Below are positions 27,369 to 37,430 of a stretch of 64,000 bases of DNA, piece by piece. The notes beneath the pieces are model-generated. The model had not been told where the DNA came from. It made no database searches and saw nothing but the letters and a program-made list of their open reading frames with translations. The position numbers were made by a program, and so were the translations under genes. This stretch comes from Azolla caroliniana (lineage: Eukaryota; Plantae; Polypodiophyta). Position 1 is the first letter of the stretch. The number at the start of each line of letters is the position of its first letter. Location of the stretch: NCBI GenBank assembly GCA_043228905.1, contig JBHGNT010000003.1:10230001-10294000 (forward strand), written 5' to 3'.

Positions 27369-30300
27369 AACGACCTACAATCTCTCATACGCAGGGAATA
27401 AACAGGAATCGAGTGCTTCTTGATCTTCCGCACTGACGACATTGTCCCCAACATCTGGTATCAGAGCCTGCACAGTAGTCGGTCCTTCAATCCGCTGTCG
27501 GCCGTCGTCTCTGCATTCGGTTTCCTGCGTCATTCGAAGAAAGAGAGAAGAAGAAGAAAAAAAAAAACCAGGTTTGCATCTCATTGCGTTAGATCATTCT
27601 TGCTTGGAGTAAGCCATCAGGTCGTACTCTGTTCCTTGTGATCGTAACCGCTCGAGGTGAAATCCCCTTGTGCAACATCGACACGATCGTGCTCCACTCG
27701 GTTAAACGGCATCCGAAGAGGTAATCAAACGCTGCTCGTTGTAACCACTCGGTGCAGATCGGTCTCAAGACAACAACCCCAAATTCGTGCTTCATCTGGC
27801 TGATCGACATTCGAGAGGATCAGTTGGATCCGTCTCTCTCGTCGCTGCAGTCAACCGAAGCAGAATCGGTCCAGATAATCGGTTTTAATAATCGGTATTC
27901 GGCATATATATCCGAAGCGAACCGGGCTCACTCCGACTCGGCAACATTCGGGAAGACCAGTCGGTTCTGTCTCTCAAGCTACCGAAGTCAATTCGAGCAA
28001 GTTCAACAATACATATATCCGAAGCCGAACCGACTCGGGTTCAAATCCGACTAGAACGATATCGGGTGAGCCAACCGGCTGCACTCCAACAAGGTTCACA
28101 GTCAACTCCGAACCGAGCTTCGTCAACCAAAACCGAATTTGATGGCATCAACATCCGGCTCGTCAGAAATGAGTCTACGAAAGTTCGATGGATCGAACTT
28201 CAACTTCTGGAAAGAGCAAATGCAGGACTATCTCATAGTCAAGGGACAAATCGATCCCATCGAAAATGAAGAACCTCCAGAAGGATACAAACCAATTGAG
28301 TGGCAGAAGCTGGACAGAATCGTCCGCGCCACGATTCGGATGCACCTATCGGAATCGGTATATTTTACGGTGCAATCGTGTACGACAGCATTCGAACTGT
28401 GGAAAACACTGTCGGACACTTACGAAAAGAAGGTCGCCGCAACGAAGATGTTTCTGATCCGGCGCCTCTACAACTTGCGGATGAAAGAATCCGACTCGGT
28501 TCAAGCACACCTCAATGAGTACGAAAGCATAAGCTCCCAAATCTCGTCACAGGGGACGGCAATCGAGGATGAACTCAGAGCAATGATACTCATGAGCAGC
28601 CTTCCCTCATCATGGGAAACTTTCGTCACCACTGTGTGCAACGCGTCAACCACGGCTGTTAAATACTCCGAAGTCACGAGTGCAATCCTGACCGAAGCAG
28701 CTCGGAGAAAGTCTTTCGCCAAAGACTCAACAGACGACGCTTATGTAGTACAAGGTTCGACAGACCGATCGAACATACGAGGAAGAGATTCCTCACGGCC
28801 GCCGAACAATCAGCGAAGACGGAGCCAGTCACGGGATAACCGAATCTGCAACTATTGCAAGAAACCCGGACATATCAAAGCCGACTGCCGCGCACTCAAG
28901 AACAAGAACAACAAGAAGAGTGGCCGGCATGAGGAGATCAATTACGTCAGCTTCTCAGCTGATGTACTACCGGACGACCCGAATATACTATCAATCGAAA
29001 ATCCAGTCGGATCAGAAGTTCTACTCACGACTGAAGAATCGAGCACATGGCTCTTGGATTCGGGCGCGTCATTTCACGTGACTCCTCATCGATCCCAATT
29101 TCGGCAATATACGATCCGTCACTCCGACTCAGTTCGAGTCGGTAACTCGCAACACTGTGACATCATCGGAATCGGCACAGTAGAGCTCAACCTTGCCGGT
29201 GGCTCTACACTTGTACTCCACAATGTCCGACATGTACCCGAGCTCTCAAGGCCATTGATCTCAGTCGGACAACTAGATGAAGACGGCATTCGTGCCGGTT
29301 TTTCTTCGGGAGGGTGGACACTCCACAGGGGGAACCTCCTGCTTGCTAGAGGACCCAAGATACACTCCCTGTATCCGTTACATGTTACGCTCCGAGAGGG
29401 TAACCTGTTTTTGGTGGACATTCCTGTGTCATCACTATGGCACAGAAGATTAGGACACCTCAGCAAGGCCGGCATCACGCACCTATCTAGAGCCGGATAC
29501 ATCCCCAAACTCTCCTTCTCCGACCATCAATTCTGCGAGCACTGCCAGTATGGCAAACAAGTAGCCGCATCACACCCGACATCAGCACCAAGAGAAACGA
29601 GACCTCTTGATTTGGTCCACTCGGACGTCTGTGGCCCAATGCCGCATCAGTCTCTTGGCGGTGCCTCTTACTTCGTCACTTTTATTGACGATTCGACTCG
29701 AAAGGTGTGGGCTTATCCGATTCGCACCAAAGATCGGGTCTTCTCGATCTTCTCAGATTGGCTCGCTATGGTAGAAAATCAAACCGACCGAAAGCTGAGA
29801 TGCTTTCGGACAGACAATGGGGGAGAGTTCAAATCCGAAGAATTCGTCAAATTCTGCCGACAACGCGGCATCCGACGTGAATTTACGGCACCACACAGTC
29901 CGGAGCAAAACGGGATTGCCGAACGCATGAATCGGACAATCCAAGAACGGATAGTTTCCATGCTCCAACACTCCGGACTGTCGGATGGCTTCTGGGCAGA
30001 GGCTCTACTCACGGCAGTACACATAATCAATATGTCGCCAAGTAGACCTCTAGGACTTCAAATTCCTCAGGAACTATGGATCGGCAGTAAGCCGAATTAC
30101 GACAAGCTGAGGATCTTCGGATGCGAGGCGTACGCCCTTATTCCGAAAGATGATCGCCGAAAACTTGCACCTCGGTCCAGGAAATGCATTTTCCTTGGAT
30201 ATGGATCCGACGGCGAAATGGGATACCGACTCTGGGACCCCGAACGCAGACAAATCGTTCGAAGTTCGGACGTTGTGTTCAACGAGTCGGCTATGAATCC

Positions 30301-32521
30301 ATCAGTCGAAAAACCGATCGAAGTCCGAAGGGTAACATTTTCCGATGTGCCGACCCTTCAAGAAGGCCCCGCTCTTAACACACGGTCAGCTTCACGGGTA
30401 GCTGAACCTTACACTACCGACTCGGACAACTCTGACTCGGCACAGCCGAATGATTCGGTTTCGAACCATCCGACCTCGATACCCGATGCGACCAGTCCAA
30501 TCATACCTCGACGATCCGAGAGACTGTCGCAACCTCCGGAGAGGTACTCTCCTGGAATTTTCTTCACCGACGCCGGCGAACCGACGTCTTACGAAGAAGC
30601 ATCGACATCTGTCGATTCAGCCACCTGGCATCTGGCGATGGAGTCGGAAATGCACTCCATTCGGGCAAACAAGACTTGGGATCTGGTCGAATTACCTAGG
30701 AACCGACGTGCTCTTCCTTGCAAGTGGGTCTATCGACTAAAAGAGACGTCTGATTCGACCACCCCAAAGTACAAGGCCAGATTAGTTGCGAAGGGCTTCC
30801 GACAAGAATATGGCGTCGACTTCGACGAGATTTTTTCACCAGTGGTGAAAATGACAACCCTTCGTTTCCTACTCGGCGTAGTGGCAGCCGACAACTTGGA
30901 GCTGATTCAGCTAGATGTCAAAACAGCCTTCCTCCATGGTGATCTCGAGGAGGAAATTTATATGCAGCAGCCAAAAGGCTTCGTGGCCACCGGCCAAGAA
31001 CATCTAGTCTGCCGACTCAGGAAGAGTCTATACGGCCTCAAACAGGCACCACGACAATGGTACAAGAAGTTCGACGACTTCATCCAATCGATCGGCTTCT
31101 CCAAAAGCGATGAGGACCATTGTCTCTTCACCAACACAGCTCAAGATGGATCACCCATCTTCCTCATCATCTACGTGGACGACATGCTAATTTCTGGACG
31201 CCACGCGGGCGAACTTGCCGATCTCGTTCGGCAACTGCGGTTGAAGTTTGCCATGAAGGACCTCGGTCCGGCACGACACATCCTTGGCATGAAGATTAGT
31301 CGGCATCGCGATAAACGACATCTTTTTTTGTCTCAGACCGACTATATCGGACGTGTCTTGGAACGCTTCAACATGCAATCAGCCAAATCTGCTTCAACCC
31401 CGCTCCCTATGAATCTTCGGCTCTCTCAGCGAGACTGCCCGACATCCGGTTCGGAGGGGGAAGATATGAAGTCAGTACCGTATGCACCGGCAGTCGGCTC
31501 CCTTATGTACCTGATGGTCGCGACACGGCCTGATATCTCTCATGCCGTAGGAGTCGTTAGCAGATTTATGCACAATCCTGGCCGATCGCATTGGAACGCA
31601 GTCAAGCATGTGTTCAGATATCTGGCTGGCACAAAAGATCACGGCATTCTTTTCGGTCCGAACCGAACCTCAGGCGTAGTCGGTTACACCGACTCGGATT
31701 TCGCCGGCTGTATAGACAGTCGGAAATCAACAACCGGATACTGCTTCAAATTCGGCAATGGAGCAATCTCGTGGAAGTCGAAACTTCAGGAGTGCACAGC
31801 GACCTCAACGACCGAAGCAGAATATGTAGCTGCGTCCGACGCAGCAAAAGAAGCTTTGTGGCTCGGTCGGCTGGCGCACACGTTTCGACAAGTCGACCAT
31901 GACTCGGCTCCAGTTGTCTACAGCGACAGTCAAGGTGCTGTTGCCTTGTCGAAAAATCCGGTTCACCACAACGCCTCCAAACATATCGACGTTCGATATC
32001 ACTTCGTTCGGGACTGCGTCATTTCAGGGAAAATCGGTCTAGAGAAAATATCCACAACCGACAATGTCGCAGATGGAATGACCAAGTGTCTTTCGGCAGA
32101 CCGTTTTCGGTCTCTTCGGCATCAGATGGGCGTAACGACAAACCAGTCCGGTTAGAGCCGGACACAGAGCAGGATGGTTCCCGACAACCGACATCAGTTT
32201 CTTAATGATCGGCTTCAACTGTTCCGACCCGACCAGTTCGGTCTTCTGCCTTCGGACCCTGCCGACTCGAACAAAGCTGATATGTCCGAGAACCTAAGTC
32301 TATACCTGTAATCTTAGATAACCCATGTATACGCCCATTACGGGGGAGTGTCGAATACATGTGTATAATGGACATATTCACACTATCCCGTTTTGGCCAT
32401 TTATGTAATTAGCATAAAGGGTAGTTGCCCTAAGTCGGTCACTATATATAGTGACCTTGTAACCTCTTTGTGAGGTTGGATGTTGTATTCTTGTTTATGC
32501 AATAGAAAGACTTATTTTGTG

Positions 32522-32562
<41 letters not shown>

Positions 32563-32648
32563 AACGACCTACAATCTCTCATACGCAGGTATTCAGAACA
32601 GAACTGAATGCTTCTCGATCTTCCGCATTGACGACCTCGCTTCCAACA
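27161..32648 (+). mobile_element. Full-length, young Ty1/copia element F
   Basis: Perfect TSD CCAGC; LTRs 27161-27453 and 32349-32648; PBS TGGTATCAGAGCC 27456-27468; PPT GGGGGAG 32342-32348. Confidence 0.97.
28142..32155 (+). CDS. Intact Copia Gag-Pol polyprotein (gag, CCHC knuckle, PR, IN, RT, RNase H), ~1337 aa
   Basis: Uninterrupted ORF: CNYCKKPGHIKADC, WLLDSGASFH, HSDVCGP/TDNGGEF/NGIAER, YVDDML, YTDSDFAG, KHIDVRYHF. Confidence 0.97.
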   Translation: MASTSGSSEMSLRKFDGSNFNFWKEQMQDYLIVKGQIDPIENEEPPEGYKPIEWQKLDRIVRATIRMHLSESVYFTVQSCTTAFELWKTLSDTYEKKVAATKMFLIRRLYNLRMKESDSVQAHLNEYESISSQISSQGTAIEDELRAMILMSSLPSSWETFVTTVCNASTTAVKYSEVTSAILTEAARRKSFAKDSTDDAYVVQGSTDRSNIRGRDSSRPPNNQRRRSQSRDNRICNYCKKPGHIKADCRALKNKNNKKSGRHEEINYVSFSADVLPDDPNILSIENPVGSEVLLTTEESSTWLLDSGASFHVTPHRSQFRQYTIRHSDSVRVGNSQHCDIIGIGTVELNLAGGSTLVLHNVRHVPELSRPLISVGQLDEDGIRAGFSSGGWTLHRGNLLLARGPKIHSLYPLHVTLREGNLFLVDIPVSSLWHRRLGHLSKAGITHLSRAGYIPKLSFSDHQFCEHCQYGKQVAASHPTSAPRETRPLDLVHSDVCGPMPHQSLGGASYFVTFIDDSTRKVWAYPIRTKDRVFSIFSDWLAMVENQTDRKLRCFRTDNGGEFKSEEFVKFCRQRGIRREFTAPHSPEQNGIAERMNRTIQERIVSMLQHSGLSDGFWAEALLTAVHIINMSPSRPLGLQIPQELWIGSKPNYDKLRIFGCEAYALIPKDDRRKLAPRSRKCIFLGYGSDGEMGYRLWDPERRQIVRSSDVVFNESAMNPSVEKPIEVRRVTFSDVPTLQEGPALNTRSASRVAEPYTTDSDNSDSAQPNDSVSNHPTSIPDATSPIIPRRSERLSQPPERYSPGIFFTDAGEPTSYEEASTSVDSATWHLAMESEMHSIRANKTWDLVELPRNRRALPCKWVYRLKETSDSTTPKYKARLVAKGFRQEYGVDFDEIFSPVVKMTTLRFLLGVVAADNLELIQLDVKTAFLHGDLEEEIYMQQPKGFVATGQEHLVCRLRKSLYGLKQAPRQWYKKFDDFIQSIGFSKSDEDHCLFTNTAQDGSPIFLIIYVDDMLISGRHAGELADLVRQLRLKFAMKDLGPARHILGMKISRHRDKRHLFLSQTDYIGRVLERFNMQSAKSASTPLPMNLRLSQRDCPTSGSEGEDMKSVPYAPAVGSLMYLMVATRPDISHAVGVVSRFMHNPGRSHWNAVKHVFRYLAGTKDHGILFGPNRTSGVVGYTDSDFAGCIDSRKSTTGYCFKFGNGAISWKSKLQECTATSTTEAEYVAASDAAKEALWLGRLAHTFRQVDHDSAPVVYSDSQGAVALSKNPVHHNASKHIDVRYHFVRDCVISGKIGLEKISTTDNVADGMTKCLSADRFRSLRHQMGVTTNQSG

Positions 32649-32757
32649 CCAGCTCCTCCGAATCAAACACGTTCGGGTCATTTGACCACGTTCGAGTCTT
32701 GGCCTTCTCCTCTGGTCAGCTCTATCCTTCTTAACTCTACCACAGTCGTCGCTTGTT

Positions 32758-34660
32758 TAGGTCCTTCTCGACAAATAAGATTGGGACCACATCCGGTGAT
32801 TTGGAGGGTAGAACAAAACCACTGGCGAGGTTTTCATCCAGGTATGTGCGAAGAGCCCCAAGTTCGGGTTCAGATAGCCCATAAATGGGCCCAAATGGTG
32901 GACTTGTGCCATTTTGGAGTTCAATTGGGCAATCATAGCGGCGATGTGCCAGTAATCGGTCTGCATTTCGCTTTTCGAACACATCCAAAAATCACTATAT
33001 CCTGCGAGCAAATTGGTGATACAAACAGAGACGTCCCATGACACAACACACACAGAAGCGACCAAGGTAGAATTAGCCACAATGGAATCAGTAATGTCAG
33101 AGACTGAGTTGAAATCAGAAGATTGTGCACCCAAGCTGAAAGCAACCCCCACACAAGTAACGGGGTGGGGAGTTGTGACTCGCGCTAGTGTTCGTGGAAA
33201 AGTGATGGAGCGGCTGCACCAATCCACTGTCAAATTGTGTGTTTCCAACCAGGAGAGCCCTAAAACAATCGGATATCGAGGGGTTGCAATGAGGTAGAAT
33301 GTTAATACCTCTTGGTGGAACCCGACTTGAAGTTCCAATGGGACAGTGGCTTCAGTAACCGCCCCCGAAGAGAGAACTTGTCCGTCAATAGCTTCAACGG
33401 ATGTGGGTTGTGTTGTGCAGACAGTGGGGATTTTATGTGCTCGAAGGAACCCGATATCGATGAAACAAGTAGATGCACCAGAATCAAGCAAGGCGTGGGA
33501 TTGTATTGAAGTAGATCCAAAACAAAGACTTGCAAAGTAAAACCTCCTGGTGACGTGGCTAACTTTTAGGAGCATGGAGAAGTAGGCTAACGAAAAGAAT
33601 CTTGCGGCATGGCTCCTACTACAACCGGACTTCATCGTTTTCCTGTTGTACCTCTACAAGACATGCACGGTGGGATTGATGACGAGGGCCACGCACCGGG
33701 CAGTGGCAAATGACATGGATGGAGGTACCACAATAGAGGCAGAGGCCATTGTCACATCGATGTTGTCATTGGGCATCAATTAATGGTTGGAACTGAGCAT
33801 GGTCAATCTCCATTGGGGTATGGGGGTCAACTTTTGTCTGGGTATGAGTATCATTGGAGAATGGCAACCGTGGCGTGTTTGGCGAAACTGATATATATGG
33901 CCTTGTGTGTAGATCATTGCGGGAGGAAGACGGGAAGCCTTGAGTCCCCCATTCCTCCTGTCGACGCTCAAAAAGACGATTATCACATTGAACGGCTTGG
34001 GAGAGTTCCTAAGACAACGACGTGGGCTCCGGAAATTTTAAGAGAAGAGTCTTGACATCGTTTCGGAGGCCTCAACGAAATTGGTTGCATAAGGCTTGGT
34101 CATCCTAGCTGACATCACAAGTGATCTAACGAAACTTTGAAGCATAGACGAAAGCTAGACGAGAGCCTTGTGTAGGGAATAGAGCTTCGTGAGTGTCGTT
34201 TGTCCCCGGTCTGCCTCTCCGAATTTGGCTTCAAGCTCCGCAAGGAAGGCATGACAGTTGTCTAAGAGTGAGAATGAGGTCTTGATCAATGGTGCAAACC
34301 ATGCTTGTGCTGGCCCAGAGAGAAGGGTGCCAACAAGGCCGACTCGAGAGTAATCGCTAGCATAACGTTGGGGTTGTAAGGGATGATAAGCCAAATTTGA
34401 TTGATTAAGCCGCGAAGATGCACCCTCAAGCCATTAAGTTTGTCAGGTAGGCTGACGCTAGGTTCGAGGACATATGAATGGGAAGAGGAAGGGGTTGGGC
34501 TAGGTGTTGGCGAAGGGTGAGGCTCAACGAGTGGGGGGTTGTTGGATATGCCTTTTTGAAGCTCTCGTAATGATTGACGAAGGCTTTCATTTTCTAGTTG
34601 AAGTTGTTCCAAGAACTGCCATTACATGGTTTAAGCTGTTGACCAAGTTGGACATGGTAA
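32758..34660 (-). pseudogene. Tcn1-like gag, protease and RT N-terminus
   Basis: ORFs 34286-34612, 34155-34394, 32757-33635 and 32737-32988 (PPFGPIYGLS, YLDENLASGF). Confidence 0.88.
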
Positions 34661-34670
34661 CAAGAAACGA

Positions 34671-34681
34671 AAGGTGAACAA
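34671..34681 (-). promoter_or_regulatory. Self-priming primer-binding site (TTGTTCACCTT), complementary to the predicted transcript 5' end at 34819-34809
   Basis: 11-nt perfect complementarity; no TGG tRNA-type PBS; TATAAATA at 34851-34844 lies 32 nt upstream of 34819. Confidence 0.8.
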
Positions 34682-35004
34682 ACTGTCACGGACGAGTAGA
34701 CGAGGTTAAATACTAAGAGAAATAGAGAGAGCATAGAAAAGAGAGCAAGAAAGAGAGAGAGGAAATAGAAAAGAGAACGAGAACTGAATTATGTTTCCGT
34801 AACTGGTGTTGTTCACCTTGATTGTAATCAAGGTGCACCTGAGTATTTATACAAGAATGTGGAGATATGTATGTAAGCTAGGAAACATCTAGAGAGTGCA
34901 TGGAAACTTCCAGAGAGTGCATGACGATGTAGAAGTTTCTTGAAAGTTCTAGTGATTAACCTACAATGTAATAAGTTGAATCTTATACAATACAATAATG
35001 TATT

Positions 35005-35071
35005 GATGGGGCAACTGGTAAGGTTACCCAATAAGACCAAGAGGTCATGGGTTCGACCCCTCACATTCCAT
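35005..35071 (+). ncRNA. tRNA-derived cassette in the Tcn1-like 5' LTR (second copy)
   Basis: CAACTGGTAAGG...AGGTCATGGGTTCGACCCC...CATTCCA; canonical B-box GGTTCGA. Confidence 0.6.
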
Positions 35072-35084
35072 CGTGTCCATGAAA

Positions 35085-37430
35085 AAATACACCCTTTTTC
35101 TTATGGTTTGGTAGGAAACCTAATGTTGGACACTTAAAGATATTTGGGGCAATTGCTTATAGTCACGTCACTCCCAGGTTAAGAAAAAAATTAGACCACC
35201 ATAGTATTAAATGTATAGGAAGGATATGGTGAATCCTAGGGGATTAAGGGATATAAATTATTTAACCCACAAAATAAGAAATTTATATATAGTCGATCCG
35301 TCATTTTTAACGAACAAATACTATCCCCAAAATACCCTATAAACTTACAAGATATTGCCCTTATACATTATGTAAATAATCGTGAATATGGGAAGGAGCA
35401 TGTCAATAACATGAGACAATCATTACAATTAGAAGAGTTCAATGAAGAAGAGGAGAGCTAAGAGAATCATTACAATCAAGATGATTAAGAATCTATTAAA
35501 TAGAAATATCATGCACACACCCACAAGCATACCACAAGAACTGGATGGTGATGCTAGTGAGGTTGGTGGCGGCATTATAATAGAAGGCAACATAGACTCG
35601 GTGGAACGCCATAACAACGACGACGGTGATGGCATAATGGAGCTAAGAGAAAATGAAAGGAATGATACTCCCACTCCAAGCATAAACAACCACTCTTATA
35701 GCTTTTCATGGCAAACCCCAACCGAAAATTCTATTTTTTCCCCCACTTTTCTATATTCAAAATTTTCAAATTCTACCCCTTTAAAACTAACTTTTCTAAA
35801 TTCAAAATTTTCAACTTCTACCCCTTTAAAACCAACTTTTCTAAATTCAAATTCTACCCCTTCAAAATCCACCCTTCCACAATCGATTTTTTCAAATTCC
35901 TCAAATCAAACCATAGGATTTCCACACCATTCAACTCAAGCTTTAGGACCCTCTTCCAAAGATATATCTCAAGGCGACACCACTCCAATTGAAAATATAA
36001 CAAACCCTATACCTATGACGAAAAAGAAGCATAGATCCCTAAATGAGATTTATGAGATAACTAATGGTGGATTTAGATGAAGAGAATGAATATACTCAAA
36101 ATTACAAACCACAAGCCCCTTTTGACAACATCCATGCATCAGTTAAAGATGCATTACAAAGCCCCGAACGACTTCAATGACAAACATCCATGGAAGCGGA
36201 AATTGATGCACTAGAAAAGAATGGCACATGGAGTTTAGTGCTTCAACCCAATGGTAAGAATATTATTTCTTGCAAATGGGTACTCACAAAGAAATTTGAT
36301 TCCAATGGAAAGCTTGATAAATTGGAGGCACACCTAGTTGCAAGAGGATTTACCCAAATCCATAGCATCGATTACAAAGATACTTTTGAACCAACTTTGA
36401 AGTTGGTTCTAATGTGCTTAATGTTTAGCATTACCGTAGATCTAAATCTCGAGCTTCATCATATTGACATCGAGACCGCCTTCTTGCATGGAGACCTTGA
36501 TGAAGAAATATATATGGAACAACCTCCATACTTTGTAAGCTCAACAATCCCTCATTATGTATGTAAATTACATAAATCATTGTATGGATTAAAACAATCA
36601 TCTCGAATGTGGTACCACAAACTTCACACTTATCTTGAAGCTATTGGATTTAGATGCCTTGAGGCCGAGCCAACTTTATACATTTGGAAGGAACACACAA
36701 ATTTTGTTATTATTGATGTATATGTAGATGATTTGCCCATTCCTTCAAACTCCACCAAATGCATGCAACAAGTTATCAATGAACTAAAAGAAAAGTTCCC
36801 CGTGAAGGATCTCGGACCAATCGAACATTTCCTACGCATCAAAGTCACACGAAATAGAATAAAGGGTACACTCTCTCTATCTCAAAAGTAGTAGAAGAAA
36901 TCCTCCTGAAATTTGAAATGATGGATTGCAAACCTATCTCCTCGCCAATGACCGTACCTTGCAAATTATCCACAAATGATAGTCCGAAATCATTAATACC
37001 TTCCGATGTACATCATGAATGGTTTTCACTTTTGCAGGTGGAGCAATTGCTTGGCGAACTAAAAGACGATCTTCCGTTGCACTTTCAAGTACCGAAGACG
37101 AGTATATTGCTGCAACCCTTACCACAAAAGAAGGCCTTTGGGTAAAGACAATCATTGAAGAACTTGATATCTTTGAACTAAAAGAAATGACAGTGTCTTG
37201 TGACAATCAATGAACTATAAAACTTGCAACAAATCCAAAGGTAAGCGATCAAAACAAACATATTCAAGCGCGTCATCATTTTATAAGAGACTTGGTCGAA
37301 ACAAAAGAAATGTCACTCCAATACACTTCAACCACAACCATGTGGGCTGATTTCCTCACTAAATCCGTACCCCAACAAAAGCATTGGATATGTTGTTCGA
37401 AGATAGGACTCAAATTAGAGAAACCAAATA
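35085..37430 (+). pseudogene. Copia B integrase C-terminus, long linker, RT, RNase H
   Basis: WFGRKPNVGHLKIFG, HHIDIETAFLHGDL, YVDDL, VALSSTEDEYIA. Confidence 0.9.

Larger units (their letters stand above)
7049..32757 (-). mobile_element. Copia family A copy A1, degenerate, PPT-less, with extended terminal repeat; hosts elements E, C1, A2 and F
   Basis: 3' LTR 7049-7493, 5' LTR 26431-26878, PBS(Met) 26419-26430; gag pieces 26340-25814, 20538-20499, 13969-13895 and 10459 downward; integrase 8981-9985; RT 8145-8750. Confidence 0.85.
4189..35084 (-). mobile_element. Ty3/gypsy chromovirus, Tcn1-like, degenerate, split by nested insertions
   Basis: LTRs 4189-4576 and 34684-35084; TSD GAATA/AAATA; PPT AAAGGGAGGATAA at 4577-4589; gag (SLPDKLNG, GPAQAWF), protease ALLDSGAS, RT, RNase H QTDASNFA, integrase with GPF motif, C-terminal chromodomain EYVVDQLLDS...YLVLWKCY...ATWEP at about 4620-4790. 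Confidence 0.9.

Noticed and set aside
35740-35900. Short tandem repeats in the Copia B IN-RT linker
   Set aside because: Ordinary low-complexity expansion in a hypervariable linker.
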